This document shows positions 28,506 through 38,259 of a DNA stretch of 64,000 nucleotides, piece after piece. This stretch comes from an uncultured Gammaproteobacteria bacterium. Its GTDB lineage: Bacteria > Patescibacteriota > Microgenomatia > UBA10105 > UBA927. A program made the translations under genes and the position numbers. Numbering within the stretch: position 1 is the stretch's first letter; every line of letters begins with the position of its first letter. The DNA is taken from assembly GCA_964621305.1 (NCBI GenBank), contig CAZUOM010000001.1, positions 74,390 to 138,389 of the forward strand. The letters run 5' to 3'. Under the pieces are notes generated by a model. It made no database searches. It saw nothing but the letters and a program-made list of their open reading frames with translations, and was not told where the DNA came from.

Positions 28506-29846
28506 TTATTTCTTCCCTAATACTATCTCCACCTTCGCTTTCTCTCCGAACAGTTTTTTCAGCGTTTCTGCGATTGCTTCGCGGTTCTTTGTTTCCCCCA
28601 GCTTGTCTTTGTGAAACGGATAAAAGGCCTCTATCGTTACTATACCATGGTCAACACTCTTTGGTCTAGTAGAACGCATGACTCCGGCTACCGAGTGATT
28701 GTACGGCTTAATCGCATCGATAATATCCGTCCAATGCTCTGTAAGTTTATCCAAAGTAATCAAGCCAGCTGATTCAACAGCCGGCGCAACCCTCACGTGT
28801 TCTTTTTCGCCTATTGCCTGTTGCCCACAAAATTCAACGATTGCCAACTCCAGCGGTAACTGGGGAATGGGGCTTATACGAAGGTCACCATATGCTTGCA
28901 TGAGCTTCCTAGTAAGCTCTTTGAGATCTTTAGTCGTCATCGAACCACTTTCTTTTCCCCTTACGCTGGCTATTAATCTCTGCTCGGCTTCTATCAGGCA
29001 TTCGGTAATAAACGATCTGATGTCGCCACCTGCGCCAACCACCTGAGACACAATATCTAATGCAGCTTTAAAATTTTTTCCTGCGAGTACATTAAAAAAA
29101 GCGCAAATTGTTGCTTGGTCGCTTGCGGCAAGAATCCGTTCTACTTTATCTTTCGTGAGTTTCCCTTTTTCAAAACTGACCTGCTCCAAAAGTTTAATCG
29201 CGTCACGAAAGGCTCCGTCAGAAAGATCTTTAATGACCTCAAGGCCGCCTTCGTCAATTGCTATTTTTTCTTCCGTTGCAATCCGTTTCAGAGCGCTGTC
29301 GAGTTCATCAGGCTTGGCCCTTCCAAAAACATAGTGGACGCAGCGGGACTTGATGGTGGCAGGAATCTTCTGCGGATCGGTGGTGGCTAGAATAAAGACT
29401 GCATGAGCCGGCGGCTCCTCAAGCGTTTTAAGCAGAGCGTTAAACGCCTCGATCGTGAGCATATGAACCTCATCAATGATGTAGGCTTTGTATTTGCCAG
29501 TGCTGGGAGTCAGGGCAATCGTGTCCCGCAGGGAGCGAATATCGTCAATCCCGCGATTGCTTGCAGCGTCCAGTTCCAACACGTCAAGAAATCTGCCATC
29601 GGCAATTGCTACACAGCTATCGCACTTGCCACACGGCGCGCCGGACTTTAGAGGCTTGACACAATTAAAAAGCTTCGCGATCAAACGAGCTGCAGTGGTT
29701 TTGCCGGCTCCCTTTGGCCCGGTAAATAGGTACGCGTGCGGCAATTCTTTTTTGTCCTTATTGAGCAAGGACAAAAGACGTTCACGAACAGCGGTGTTGT
29801 CTATCTCGTCAAAAACCTGCGGCCGATATTTTCTATAAAACGACAT
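28506..29846 (-). CDS. dnaX: DNA polymerase III subunit gamma/tau
   Basis: RPQVFDEI, GPKGAGKTT Walker A, Zn module CGKCDSC. Confidence 0.9.
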   Translation of the reverse strand: MSFYRKYRPQVFDEIDNTAVRERLLSLLNKDKKELPHAYLFTGPKGAGKTTAARLIAKLFNCVKPLKSGAPCGKCDSCVAIADGRFLDVLELDAASNRGIDDIRSLRDTIALTPSTGKYKAYIIDEVHMLTIEAFNALLKTLEEPPAHAVFILATTDPQKIPATIKSRCVHYVFGRAKPDELDSALKRIATEEKIAIDEGGLEVIKDLSDGAFRDAIKLLEQVSFEKGKLTKDKVERILAASDQATICAFFNVLAGKNFKAALDIVSQVVGAGGDIRSFITECLIEAEQRLIASVRGKESGSMTTKDLKELTRKLMQAYGDLRISPIPQLPLELAIVEFCGQQAIGEKEHVRVAPAVESAGLITLDKLTEHWTDIIDAIKPYNHSVAGVMRSTRPKSVDHGIVTIEAFYPFHKDKLGETKNREAIAETLKKLFGEKAKVEIVLGKK

Positions 29847-29848
29847 AT

Positions 29849-30244
29849 TTACTCCTCGTGGTGCTTGCCCATCAAGTGATCCAGACCATGAAGAGCAAGT
29901 TCAATGATTTTATCGTCAACCAACTTGTTTTCCTCCACCGCTTCTTTAATGGCTTGCGGGTAGGAAATGACGATGTCGCCCAACCGCAAAACGTCATCAG
30001 GGGTGTCACAAAAAGCCACGCCCTTTTGGATGGAATCGTTAAGACCAAAAGATAGGACGTTTGTGGTTTTGTCGATTTTGCGAAAGTCGCGGTTTAGCTG
30101 CTTCATCCGCCTGTCGCCAACGATTGTGATACCTAATTCTGCATCGCGATGAACCTGCGGGGCAAGGGCGTCGATGATGGCATGTTTGACTTTTTTGCGA
30201 TTGACCGGATAGTGGGACTCAGTTTTAAATAGAACAGTAATCAT
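29849..30244 (-). CDS. ybeY: rRNA maturation endoribonuclease YbeY
   Basis: HxxxHxxGxxH motif (LHGLDHLMGKHH). Confidence 0.85.
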   Translation of the reverse strand: MITVLFKTESHYPVNRKKVKHAIIDALAPQVHRDAELGITIVGDRRMKQLNRDFRKIDKTTNVLSFGLNDSIQKGVAFCDTPDDVLRLGDIVISYPQAIKEAVEENKLVDDKIIELALHGLDHLMGKHHEE

Positions 30245-30690
30245 TGTGCGAGCATCTGCTTGAGGACTGCAGCAACACGACCACCGTCTGCTTTTCCTTT
30301 GGCAACCTCCATTGCCTGTTTCATTAATAATCCAAAATTATCTTTACCTGAAAGAACGACCGGAGCTAGGAGTGCGTTGAGCTCATCATCGGAAATTTCT
30401 TCTGGCAAATATGCTGCTAATATGTCCAGCTCCGCTTTCTCCTTTGCAGCCAACTCCAGCCGGCCAGCTTTTTGATAAGCCTCGATAGACTCGCGGTGTG
30501 CTTTGGCTTGCTTTTTGATCACATCAACAATATCCGCATCCGTCAGTTTTTCACTACCGCCGGCCCCATACTTGGCAATGACAGCATTGCCGATTGCCGA
30601 CAGCAACATGCGCAGCGCAGAAAGACGCACGGCATCTGCGCTTTTTAACGCGGCGGTCATATCAGATCGCAATTGATCAATGTGTGGCAT
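30241..30690 (-). CDS. GatB/YqeY domain protein
   Basis: family pattern; start taken at the internal Met, clear of rpsU. Confidence 0.8.
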   Translation of the reverse strand: MPHIDQLRSDMTAALKSADAVRLSALRMLLSAIGNAVIAKYGAGGSEKLTDADIVDVIKKQAKAHRESIEAYQKAGRLELAAKEKAELDILAAYLPEEISDDELNALLAPVVLSGKDNFGLLMKQAMEVAKGKADGGRVAAVLKQMLAQ

Positions 30691-30691
30691 C

Positions 30692-30883
30692 TCAATAGCT
30701 TCGGTGCGGGTGTCGGAGTCGCCGAGCAAGTTCTCTTTTTTTCTCTTTTCGGACCTCTGCTGGTTTTTGATAAAATTCTCGTTTTTTGAGATCCTGCAGA
30801 ACTCCTTCTATTAATACTCTACGCGTAAATTTTCTGATCAATGAATCTGATGTGTCTCCTGGCTGTGCTTTGACAACTACCAT
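30692..30883 (-). CDS. rpsU: 30S ribosomal protein S21
   Basis: basic 63-aa protein matching the S21 pattern (KREFYQKPAEVRKEKKRE). Confidence 0.85.
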   Translation of the reverse strand: MVVVKAQPGDTSDSLIRKFTRRVLIEGVLQDLKKREFYQKPAEVRKEKKRELARRLRHPHRSY

Positions 30884-30904
30884 AAAAAATAAACACCTCG
30901 CTTT

Positions 30905-31309
30905 CTAGATGTCTTTGAGAATCCTTTGCTGTATGTCCACGAGCGTCTCATTGACTGGAATTTTTACCAACGACTGCATAACTCCACCGCGATCTTCCGA
31001 ATATCTTGGGATGATATGAACGTGCATATGCCTAACACCAGAAGGTTCACCGTGGTTGATGCCAATAGATAGAATGTTTGTAGAAAATGTCTTTTCGAGC
31101 CCTACTGCAACTAACGATACCGCCTGCATCACTTCTCCTAATTCTTTCTTGGTGTAATCAAATACTTTATCTGCGTGCCGTTTGAGAACGACCACCGTAT
31201 GACCTGGAGCTGACGGAGCAATATCCAAAAAAGCCATCGCCTCATCATTTTCAAAGACCGTGTAGGAAGGCACGAGTTTTTCTATGATTTTGCAAAATAT
31301 ACAATCCAT
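30905..31309 (-). CDS. HIT-family nucleotide hydrolase
   Basis: histidine triad HMHVHIIPR. Confidence 0.85.
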   Translation of the reverse strand: MDCIFCKIIEKLVPSYTVFENDEAMAFLDIAPSAPGHTVVVLKRHADKVFDYTKKELGEVMQAVSLVAVGLEKTFSTNILSIGINHGEPSGVRHMHVHIIPRYSEDRGGVMQSLVKIPVNETLVDIQQRILKDI

Positions 31310-32133
31310 TATAATTGTAGTAATTTTATCACATCGGCAAGTATTTTGTTGGAGGGGCGAAAGTCGGGATTTTTGCTGCTGCCATTTAATACCATATGGT
31401 GGCTAGCATGCAAAAACCATGTGGCCTCTGGCTCTTGGTCTCTCAGTTTATCATAGACGGGAGTCAAGTCGATATCATCCCGCGGCAATGACTTAATCCG
31501 CACGCCTCCTTTGGCCGGATCTTTTCGCACAACCACGACATAGCCCATTTTTTGGGCCAGATGAACGGTTTCGTCGTTGGTCGTTTCTACTCCAAGCGCA
31601 TTGCCCCATTTCGTCTCAAATTCAATCCCTTTTTCTTTTATCTCTTTCTCGGCGGTAATTTTATTCTGAAACGTTTTATAGATGCCATCAAGCACATCCA
31701 TGCCCAGCGCTACTGTTTTTAGCGGGTCATGAGCGTGGAGAAGACGCCACCCATCAACCTGGCTTTCAAAACCAAAGTCGTAAAAATCAGCCGTTGCGTT
31801 GGGGTAGTAAACTTCGCGGAAATGATCAATGTCATTGACCACGGCGGTAAGCCGCTCGAGGGCTTCGTCGCTACCTTTTTGGCCAACTATCTGTTCATAG
31901 ACAAGCTTTGATGCACAGGTGTCTCTGTCCGTTTGATGGTGATCAAATGTGCCCATGCCCGTATCGACGTGGAGAATATCGGGGTTGTCATCTGGTGGCG
32001 CTCCACCCAGCGTTTTTCCTGCCGGAACAAATGCCAGCGCCGCCTCTTCCCACCCAGGCCAAAACGTTTTGACCAGCCAAATTGCACAGATGGCATCGAC
32101 GTCCGGTCCAATATGGGTGACAATGGTTTTCAT
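31309..32133 (-). CDS. DHH-family phosphoesterase (NrnA-like)
   Basis: motif I HIGPDVDAICA, DHH motif (FDHHQ). Confidence 0.65.
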   Translation of the reverse strand: MKTIVTHIGPDVDAICAIWLVKTFWPGWEEAALAFVPAGKTLGGAPPDDNPDILHVDTGMGTFDHHQTDRDTCASKLVYEQIVGQKGSDEALERLTAVVNDIDHFREVYYPNATADFYDFGFESQVDGWRLLHAHDPLKTVALGMDVLDGIYKTFQNKITAEKEIKEKGIEFETKWGNALGVETTNDETVHLAQKMGYVVVVRKDPAKGGVRIKSLPRDDIDLTPVYDKLRDQEPEATWFLHASHHMVLNGSSKNPDFRPSNKILADVIKLLQL

Positions 32134-32162
32134 TGCTACATTGCTACATTGCTACATTGCTG
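32131..32162. repeat. tandem 8-mer (ACATTGCT)x4 spanning the proS stop and the start of the next gene
   Basis: seen directly; each unit contains ATG/TAG on the coding strand. Confidence 0.8.
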
Positions 32163-33827
32163 AAGAAACGTTTTTATGTCGACCAGCGCAACCTCTTTTT
32201 CATGCCGTTTTTTGACTTCCAACTTATCCCCCGTTTTTGGGGAGATAACCACGCGATATGGCAAACCCACAAGGTCAGCATCGGTGAATTTAACGCCGGC
32301 GGATTCGTCGCGGTCATCCCAGAGAACCTCGACACCCGCGGTGAGTAGTTCTTTGTAGACTTTCTCCGCCTGAACTTCGGCTCCCGAAAGGGAAACAAGT
32401 TCAACTATATAGGGAGCAATGCCTGCGGGCCATATGATGCCATTTTCATCATGATGCTCTTCTACAGCGGCAGCCATAATCCGGCTCATGCCAATACCGT
32501 AGCAGCCCATGACGATGAGTTTTTCTTTGCCATCGCTGTCTCGGAAAGTGGCGCCCATTGCCTCGGAGTAAAGCGTTCCGAGCTTAAACACGTGTCCGAG
32601 TTCGATTGCCTTTTTTTCAGCCAATTTTCCCTTGTGGCATTTGACGCAAACTTCGCCCTCCTTCACCTCTCGAATGTCAACAAACTCTGCTGGTTCCCTA
32701 ATATCTCGCCCAAAATTAACGTTGATATTGTGGTAATGGTTTTTATTGGCGCCTGCTTCAAAATTGACGCGACCGGCGGTTGATTTATCCAATATGACTT
32801 CCACATCTTTGGCAAGCCCAATGGGACCGGCATAACCCACATCTGCACCGGTGACTTTTTTGACTGTATCAGCAGAGGCAAGAGAAAGATTAATACAGCC
32901 CAAGTAGTTTGCGAGCTTGACTTCACTGACGTTGTATTCACCGCGCACACAGACGGCGACCACACGCTTGTCTGCCTGATAGAGCAGTGTTTTGGTGGTT
33001 TGTGCAACAGGAATCTTGAGAAATTTGGCCAGGGCTTCAACACCAATGATGCCTTCCCCACGAATCTCTTCCATGGGTTTTTGTTCTTCTGTTTGTGCAA
33101 AAGGAGGAAAAACTGATTCAGCTTTTTCAACGTTTGCTTTGTAATCACACTGTTTACAAACAAAAATCCTGTCCTCGCCGGATTCGGACTCGACCATAAA
33201 TTCTTCTGAACCCGTTCCCCCAATTGCGCCACTGTCAGCCTTAACAACAGTTGGAGAAAATCCCATGCGCGAAAATATCGCATGATACGCTTGGCTCATG
33301 AGATCAAAACTTTTAGATAGCCCTGCCTCATCGCGGTCAAAACTATACGCGTCCTGCATGAGAAACTCGCGCGTGCGAAGGAGACCGCCGACGACGCGGA
33401 CTTCATCGCGATACTTCCACTGGTTTTGATTGAGAATGACCGGAAGGTCGCGATAGCTGCCGATGAAATGGCGGGCAACATCAGTAACCGTTTCCTCGTG
33501 AGTTGGCGCAAGAAGATATTTGCCGCCGTGATTGGCGTCAAAGACAGCCAGGATCTTTTGCATCTTTGAAAACCTTCCGGTTTCTTCCCAAAGCGCAGCC
33601 GGGTGGACAAACGGCATAAGGAGATGCTGGACGCCGCGCTTGGTGAGTTCTTCTTTGATAATCCGGTCGATTTTCTCAAGCACGCGGAACCCGAGGGGCA
33701 AAAACGTGTAAATCCCTGCAGCCACAGGGGTGATAAAACCGCCTCGCAAAAGGAGCTGGTGGCTAATTACGTCGCTGCCTGGCAATCTCTGCCGCGCTGT
33801 CTTCCCCATGAGTTGAGAGTATTTCAT
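32136..33827 (-). CDS. proS: prolyl-tRNA synthetase
   Basis: class II ProRS motifs, anticodon-binding and editing regions. Confidence 0.9.
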   Translation of the reverse strand: MKYSQLMGKTARQRLPGSDVISHQLLLRGGFITPVAAGIYTFLPLGFRVLEKIDRIIKEELTKRGVQHLLMPFVHPAALWEETGRFSKMQKILAVFDANHGGKYLLAPTHEETVTDVARHFIGSYRDLPVILNQNQWKYRDEVRVVGGLLRTREFLMQDAYSFDRDEAGLSKSFDLMSQAYHAIFSRMGFSPTVVKADSGAIGGTGSEEFMVESESGEDRIFVCKQCDYKANVEKAESVFPPFAQTEEQKPMEEIRGEGIIGVEALAKFLKIPVAQTTKTLLYQADKRVVAVCVRGEYNVSEVKLANYLGCINLSLASADTVKKVTGADVGYAGPIGLAKDVEVILDKSTAGRVNFEAGANKNHYHNINVNFGRDIREPAEFVDIREVKEGEVCVKCHKGKLAEKKAIELGHVFKLGTLYSEAMGATFRDSDGKEKLIVMGCYGIGMSRIMAAAVEEHHDENGIIWPAGIAPYIVELVSLSGAEVQAEKVYKELLTAGVEVLWDDRDESAGVKFTDADLVGLPYRVVISPKTGDKLEVKKRHEKEVALVDIKTFLQQCSNVAM

Positions 33828-33950
33828 GTAGCTTCCCTTATATTACCATTATTGATAGTGAAACTGGAAGAAATAGAAAAATGAAGAAGTTGCTTTGCCA
33901 TCAGGATCCTCTACACAGTCGCTTATCCTGATAGGACAGCATTACGGCTC

Positions 33951-33980
33951 TTGACAAGAGATAGACATATATGGTATACA
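33951..33980 (+). promoter_or_regulatory. promoter TTGACA-18-TGgTATACA overlapping palindrome TATACAG-tag-CTGTATA
   Basis: hexamers plus extended -10; inverted repeat over the -10 and +1; immediately 5' of the RHH antitoxin gene. Confidence 0.45.
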
Positions 33981-33990
33981 GTAGCTGTAT

Positions 33991-34227
33991 ATGATTCGGA
34001 CACAGGTATATCTTCCGGAACCACTTTATTTTGAGCTAATGCAAATGGCTAAACGTCAGGGCGTTCCTGCAGCCCAAATCATCAGAAAAACCCTCTCTGA
34101 CGGGGTAAAAAAACAAAAAAAACAAACACCGGCCCAGGCATTCGCGCAATTGGCTAAATTAGCAGTAAACGGTCCAGGAGATCTATCTACCCGTCATAAT
34201 GAGTATCTCTATGGCAATGCAAAGTGA
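33991..34227 (+). CDS. ribbon-helix-helix (CopG/VapB-type) antitoxin
   Basis: N-terminal RHH pattern (VYLPEPLYFEL...AAQIIRKTL). Confidence 0.6.
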   Translation: MIRTQVYLPEPLYFELMQMAKRQGVPAAQIIRKTLSDGVKKQKKQTPAQAFAQLAKLAVNGPGDLSTRHNEYLYGNAK

Positions 34228-34666
34228 TCTCAATAGGCCGCCACTGGTTATTATTGCAGACAGCAGTGCCCTGTTTGCTCTGGTAGACATGGCCGACGCA
34301 ACGCATAAATTCGTTGCCTCAGTCCATCCGCTTATCCCCGATGATGCCCGCGTAATCATCCCGGCTGAAATATTTTCAGAAACTGTCAATACGCTCTGGA
34401 AAAAAATTCAAAGATCCGTCGCAGTTGCTTTTGCAGAAAAACTATTGACGTCAAGCGGATTTTTACTTACAGAAAGCGATGATGAAATCCGCCGAACAGG
34501 GATTAATATGTGGAAAAATCTGCGTTCAAAAAATATAAGCTTCACAGATTGTCTGGTCATGGCGCATGCGGACCGCTGGAAAACAAAATGGGTCTTTGGT
34601 CTTGATGAAGCTTTTGCCAAAAACGGCTATCTGCGGCTTGGAGTCGACGGTTATCCTGAGTCTTAG
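34199..34666 (+). CDS. PIN-domain toxin (VapC family)
   Basis: LVIIADSSALFALVD...TDCLVMAHA acidic PIN residues; overlaps the antitoxin stop. Confidence 0.8.
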   Translation: MSISMAMQSDLNRPPLVIIADSSALFALVDMADATHKFVASVHPLIPDDARVIIPAEIFSETVNTLWKKIQRSVAVAFAEKLLTSSGFLLTESDDEIRRTGINMWKNLRSKNISFTDCLVMAHADRWKTKWVFGLDEAFAKNGYLRLGVDGYPES

Positions 34667-34677
34667 AACTGGTACGA

Positions 34678-34714
34678 CAGTTCACCTGGCGGGTGACCTA
34701 CATTGGCACCTATT
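34678..34714 (-). repeat. REP-like palindromic element (copy C, inverted relative to A/B)
   Basis: GGTGCCAAtgtAGgTCACCcgCCAGGTGaa core shared with the copies at 35415 and 47793. Confidence 0.5.
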
Positions 34715-35390
34715 CTTTTTCATCAAATACTAGATGCTTTATTTGATTTAATTTTTGTGAAAAATCAATTTGATTATGAACAAAATCTTTATATTTATTC
34801 GGAGATCCGAACAATTCCAAAATGAAAGATGGATTCGAAAGTGTATCCTCCAGAGGAGCTACATATTCATGAAGAGATGACCAGGGATATGCATCAAGTT
34901 CTGATTCTTTGATCAAAAACGACGAAATAGGATTTAAATGGATATAGCGAGACAAATGAATAAGTTGTTCCTCAGATTCTACCCGTACAGCTTTAAACGG
35001 TCCCTGGAATAATGGACCGACGCGTTCATGTTTTGTGTTGAAATACTTGCTGTAACTATCACAAAATTTGGAAATAAAACGGGAAATTCCGGAATCGGCG
35101 GTTTGCTTGAGCAAAAAGTGAAAATGGTTGGGCATGAGACAATAGGCCAGAATATCAACCTGGCGCTTGCTTGTTAACAAGGCCTTAAGAAATTGAATAC
35201 GTCTCTTTTTTTCCAAAATAATATATTTTGAATATCTGAAGGGAAGATCCAAATAACGATAGTAATGAATCGTGTCAAGAGCACGCTGGTATTCCCATTT
35301 AAGGGTAAAGATCGGACGGCGCTCAACCCCCCTGTTGAAGACGTGATACATCTCTCCCGTGGCCAAAATGACACGTCCGCTAGATGACAT
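34710..35390 (-). CDS. REP-associated tyrosine transposase (IS200/IS605 TnpA-like Y1 HUH enzyme)
   Basis: HUH motif LMPNHFHFLL and the downstream catalytic Tyr region; 226 aa is typical of RAYTs, not the 130-150-aa IS200 TnpA. Confidence 0.8.
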   Translation of the reverse strand: MSSSGRVILATGEMYHVFNRGVERRPIFTLKWEYQRALDTIHYYRYLDLPFRYSKYIILEKKRRIQFLKALLTSKRQVDILAYCLMPNHFHFLLKQTADSGISRFISKFCDSYSKYFNTKHERVGPLFQGPFKAVRVESEEQLIHLSRYIHLNPISSFLIKESELDAYPWSSLHEYVAPLEDTLSNPSFILELFGSPNKYKDFVHNQIDFSQKLNQIKHLVFDEKE

Positions 35391-35414
35391 ATAGACAGTT
35401 TACTGATCAAAAGT

Positions 35415-35455
35415 AAAGGTGTCAAGCTAGTTCACCTGACAGGTGGATTGTCAGG
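35415..35455 (+). repeat. REP-like palindromic element (copy A)
   Basis: AAAGGTGTCAAGCTAGTTCACCTGaCAGGTGGATTGTCAGG; CACCTG-a-CAGGTG perfect palindrome. Confidence 0.5.
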
Positions 35456-35459
35456 ATTG

Positions 35460-36152
35460 TCATCTGCCATCGAGCCGATCTTCCTCTGATTCTTCCTCTT
35501 TCTGCATTTGATCCTTATTTTTACCCCTTCTCGTATGTGGTAGCTCTTTGTACTCTTTTCTCTTTTCTTCAAGTTCTTTTATTGTCTCCTCGATTATCTG
35601 CTGCGTCTGGGCAATCTGCAGCGCCACCACCGCCCTGCTCACGGGCACCGGGGTACTGGTGGTTACGGAGACCGCCTGAGTTGGGGAAACAGCCGTCGTT
35701 GGCGATGGGGTAACGGTTACCAACGGCAACGGCACTGGAGCGGCCTCGGCCAGGATGCTACGCTTTTCCTGTTCAAGAGCCACAGAAACGTCTTGCAGAG
35801 TTTGGAGGTATGCGTGGGCCACTTGCGCCTGGGATGCGGCATCCGGTGCTTTCTCAATGGTTTTTTTGGTTTCCGCGACCTGGTTGCTAAGGTAGACAAG
35901 ACCGGTCACGCTATGCTGTTGAGCCAACAGTTGCTTGGCCTCAGCAAACCGCCGCTCGGTGTACTTGATAGAAAGCTTCACCGAAGCGTCATAGGAGGGC
36001 GCAACGACAAACGACGTTGCTTTTTCTACCCCGAGCTTGAGCGTAAACAAAGGTTCGCCGGGGAGCGCGTTCCACGACACCACGATTGCCACCGTCGGGA
36101 CCGTAAAAAGGATGAGAAACGCGGTTGCAAATGATTCAAGAAAAAACCGCAT
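35460..36152 (-). CDS. hypothetical membrane-anchored protein with PT-rich C-terminal region
   Basis: N-terminal TM helix; low-complexity region. Confidence 0.4.
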   Translation of the reverse strand: MRFFLESFATAFLILFTVPTVAIVVSWNALPGEPLFTLKLGVEKATSFVVAPSYDASVKLSIKYTERRFAEAKQLLAQQHSVTGLVYLSNQVAETKKTIEKAPDAASQAQVAHAYLQTLQDVSVALEQEKRSILAEAAPVPLPLVTVTPSPTTAVSPTQAVSVTTSTPVPVSRAVVALQIAQTQQIIEETIKELEEKRKEYKELPHTRRGKNKDQMQKEEESEEDRLDGR

Positions 36153-36154
36153 AG

Positions 36155-37225
36155 TTATTGAATTCGGGTTAACCGGATAATATCATTGAACGAAACGAGG
36201 AGGATTAGGATAAAAAGTATAATCATGCCGATTTGATGAGTGGAGCGCTCGAAGGCCGGCCGGATCCTGCGACCAATGAGTTTTTCCAGAAAAACGAACG
36301 TAAGCCTTCCGCCGTCGAGAGCAGGAAAAGGCAAGATGTTAAGGACTGCGAGGTTTAGAGAGAGGATACTCATAAATTCTAAAACCGCCTTCCAACCAAA
36401 CTTAACCGCTTCTCCCGTAACCTGGGCAATTCCTATTGGACCGGCTACATCCGTTCTAATTGGTTGGAGGGTTACTAAGCGCCAAAGCGTTGATCCAAGT
36501 CCCACGAGCATGTCCCGACCGCGCAAAAGGTTAATTTCAAACGCCTTCCACGGCGCAACGCTCAACGGATACGTTTTTTTCTCAAGATCTGAAATCACTA
36601 CTCCCATCGCCCCCTGCCCGGCAGGAGGGTACTCACGAGGAGTAAGGCGTACTGTTATTTCTTTGCCGTCGCGAAGGATACTAAGAGTCACTTGCTGACC
36701 TGCGTTCTTTTTCGTTGTCTCAATGAGATCTTTAGCTGTACTAAAAGACATAATAATATCATTAGGTAAAAGCCCGGCTTTTTGGGCTGGACTGTCAGGC
36801 TGGACTTTCTCAACATGCACCCGGCCAGCTGGCTCCAGAATTCCTTGGTTGAGGAGATACGCAGTGATCCCGACTGCAAGAAGAAAGTTCATCAATACCC
36901 CGGCAGTAAGAATGACCGCGCGTTCTTTCTTGCTCTTCGCCCAGAAGAATTTTCTTAAGGCCTCGCCTTGCCTCGCAAGGCGAGGCCTTTTCAGGCTGTG
37001 TTCCTCCTCATCTTCACCTGCAAGCTTGACAAAACCTCCGATCGGCAGCCAGTTAATCGAGTAAATAGTCCCTTTAAGTTTCTTCCCCCAAATACGCGGC
37101 GGCAGACCGAAACCGAATTCTTCAACTCCAACGCCAAAATATTTTGCCGTCAAAAAATGCCCCAGTTCGTGGACAAAGACGAGAATAGAGAGGATGAGAA
37201 AAAATACAAGGGCAGTGATTAACAT
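36155..37225 (-). CDS. rseP: site-2 protease RseP (M50)
   Basis: HELGH zinc motif, PDZ, 4 TM. Confidence 0.9.
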   Translation of the reverse strand: MLITALVFFLILSILVFVHELGHFLTAKYFGVGVEEFGFGLPPRIWGKKLKGTIYSINWLPIGGFVKLAGEDEEEHSLKRPRLARQGEALRKFFWAKSKKERAVILTAGVLMNFLLAVGITAYLLNQGILEPAGRVHVEKVQPDSPAQKAGLLPNDIIMSFSTAKDLIETTKKNAGQQVTLSILRDGKEITVRLTPREYPPAGQGAMGVVISDLEKKTYPLSVAPWKAFEINLLRGRDMLVGLGSTLWRLVTLQPIRTDVAGPIGIAQVTGEAVKFGWKAVLEFMSILSLNLAVLNILPFPALDGGRLTFVFLEKLIGRRIRPAFERSTHQIGMIILFILILLVSFNDIIRLTRIQ

Positions 37226-37228
37226 AGT

Positions 37229-37792
37229 TTATATTTGTAGTAACTCTTGTTCCTTTCGCTCTCCCATGCCGTCAATCTCGGCGATCATTTCGTCGGTCAG
37301 CTCCTGAACCATTTTTTCTCCGTGTTTTCGTTCATCTTCGCTAACTTCGCCACTGTCTTGGCTGCGTTTGAGATTTCGCATAGCTTCCCCGCGGGCTTGT
37401 CTGATCATAATCCTTCCTCCTTCAATCTTGGTACGGGCGAGTTTAATGTACTCTTGTCTACGCTCCTGGGAAAGCGCCGGAATCGTAATTCTAATTATTT
37501 CTCCATCAACAACTGGAGTTAAACCAACATTGAGCTCTTGGATGCCTCTTTCGATCTCGGCAATAATCGATGGATCAAACGGAGAAATGACAAGCGTACG
37601 GGCATCCACAGTAGTAATAGTAGCTAACTCCATCAACTTTAATCGCTGCGATCCACCGTATACAGAAATAATATGATTTTCAACAAGCGCAGGAGTGGCC
37701 CGGCCGGAGTGAATTGTTGCTAAATCTACCCGCGTGACCTCAACGGCTTTCTTCATCTGGTCGCGGACGGAAGCAAGAACGGCGTCTATCAT
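37229..37792 (-). CDS. frr: ribosome recycling factor
   Basis: full-length RRF pattern. Confidence 0.9.
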   Translation of the reverse strand: MIDAVLASVRDQMKKAVEVTRVDLATIHSGRATPALVENHIISVYGGSQRLKLMELATITTVDARTLVISPFDPSIIAEIERGIQELNVGLTPVVDGEIIRITIPALSQERRQEYIKLARTKIEGGRIMIRQARGEAMRNLKRSQDSGEVSEDERKHGEKMVQELTDEMIAEIDGMGERKEQELLQI

Positions 37793-37803
37793 CTGAAAAT
37801 ATT

Positions 37804-38259
37804 TTATTCTCCCAACATCATTCTGTCAAAACGGGCAATTGTGATATTTTCGCCGAGCTTGGCAACTGTTTGCTTAACGAGATCGGCAATCGTGATTGAC
37901 GGATCTCGGATATATTCTCCCCTAAGAAGGTCTTCAACGTTTTTAGGATTCGTGGAGGCCACTTGAAGTGCCGTCTCGTGAGCGAGGCATTTAAACTCAT
38001 CGGTTCGCGCGACAAAGTCTGTTTCACATCGAAGCTCAACAAGAACGCCGATTTTACCTGCGTGAACGTAGGAGTCGATAATACCTTCGCTCGTTTCTTT
38101 GCCTTCTTTTTTTGCAGCTTTTTCCAAGCCTCGTTCGATAAGAAGTTTTTTGGCTTTCTCGTAATCGCCGCCGCTATCCTCGAGGGCCTGACGGCAGTCA
38201 GAGACTCCAGCCTGAGTTTCCTCCCGAAGTTTTTTAATATCCTTAAGATTTAGTTGCAT
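37804..38259 (-). CDS. tsf: elongation factor Ts (short form)
   Basis: UBA-like N-terminus (LKDIKKLREETQAGVSDCRQAL), 151 aa. Confidence 0.85.
   Translation of the reverse strand: MQLNLKDIKKLREETQAGVSDCRQALEDSGGDYEKAKKLLIERGLEKAAKKEGKETSEGIIDSYVHAGKIGVLVELRCETDFVARTDEFKCLAHETALQVASTNPKNVEDLLRGEYIRDPSITIADLVKQTVAKLGENITIARFDRMMLGE

Noticed and set aside
28506-29846. dnaX programmed -1 frameshift site (A AAA AAG)
   Set aside because: No canonical slippery heptamer plus downstream hairpin found on the coding strand. The gene is short (446 aa), as in many bacteria that make only tau.
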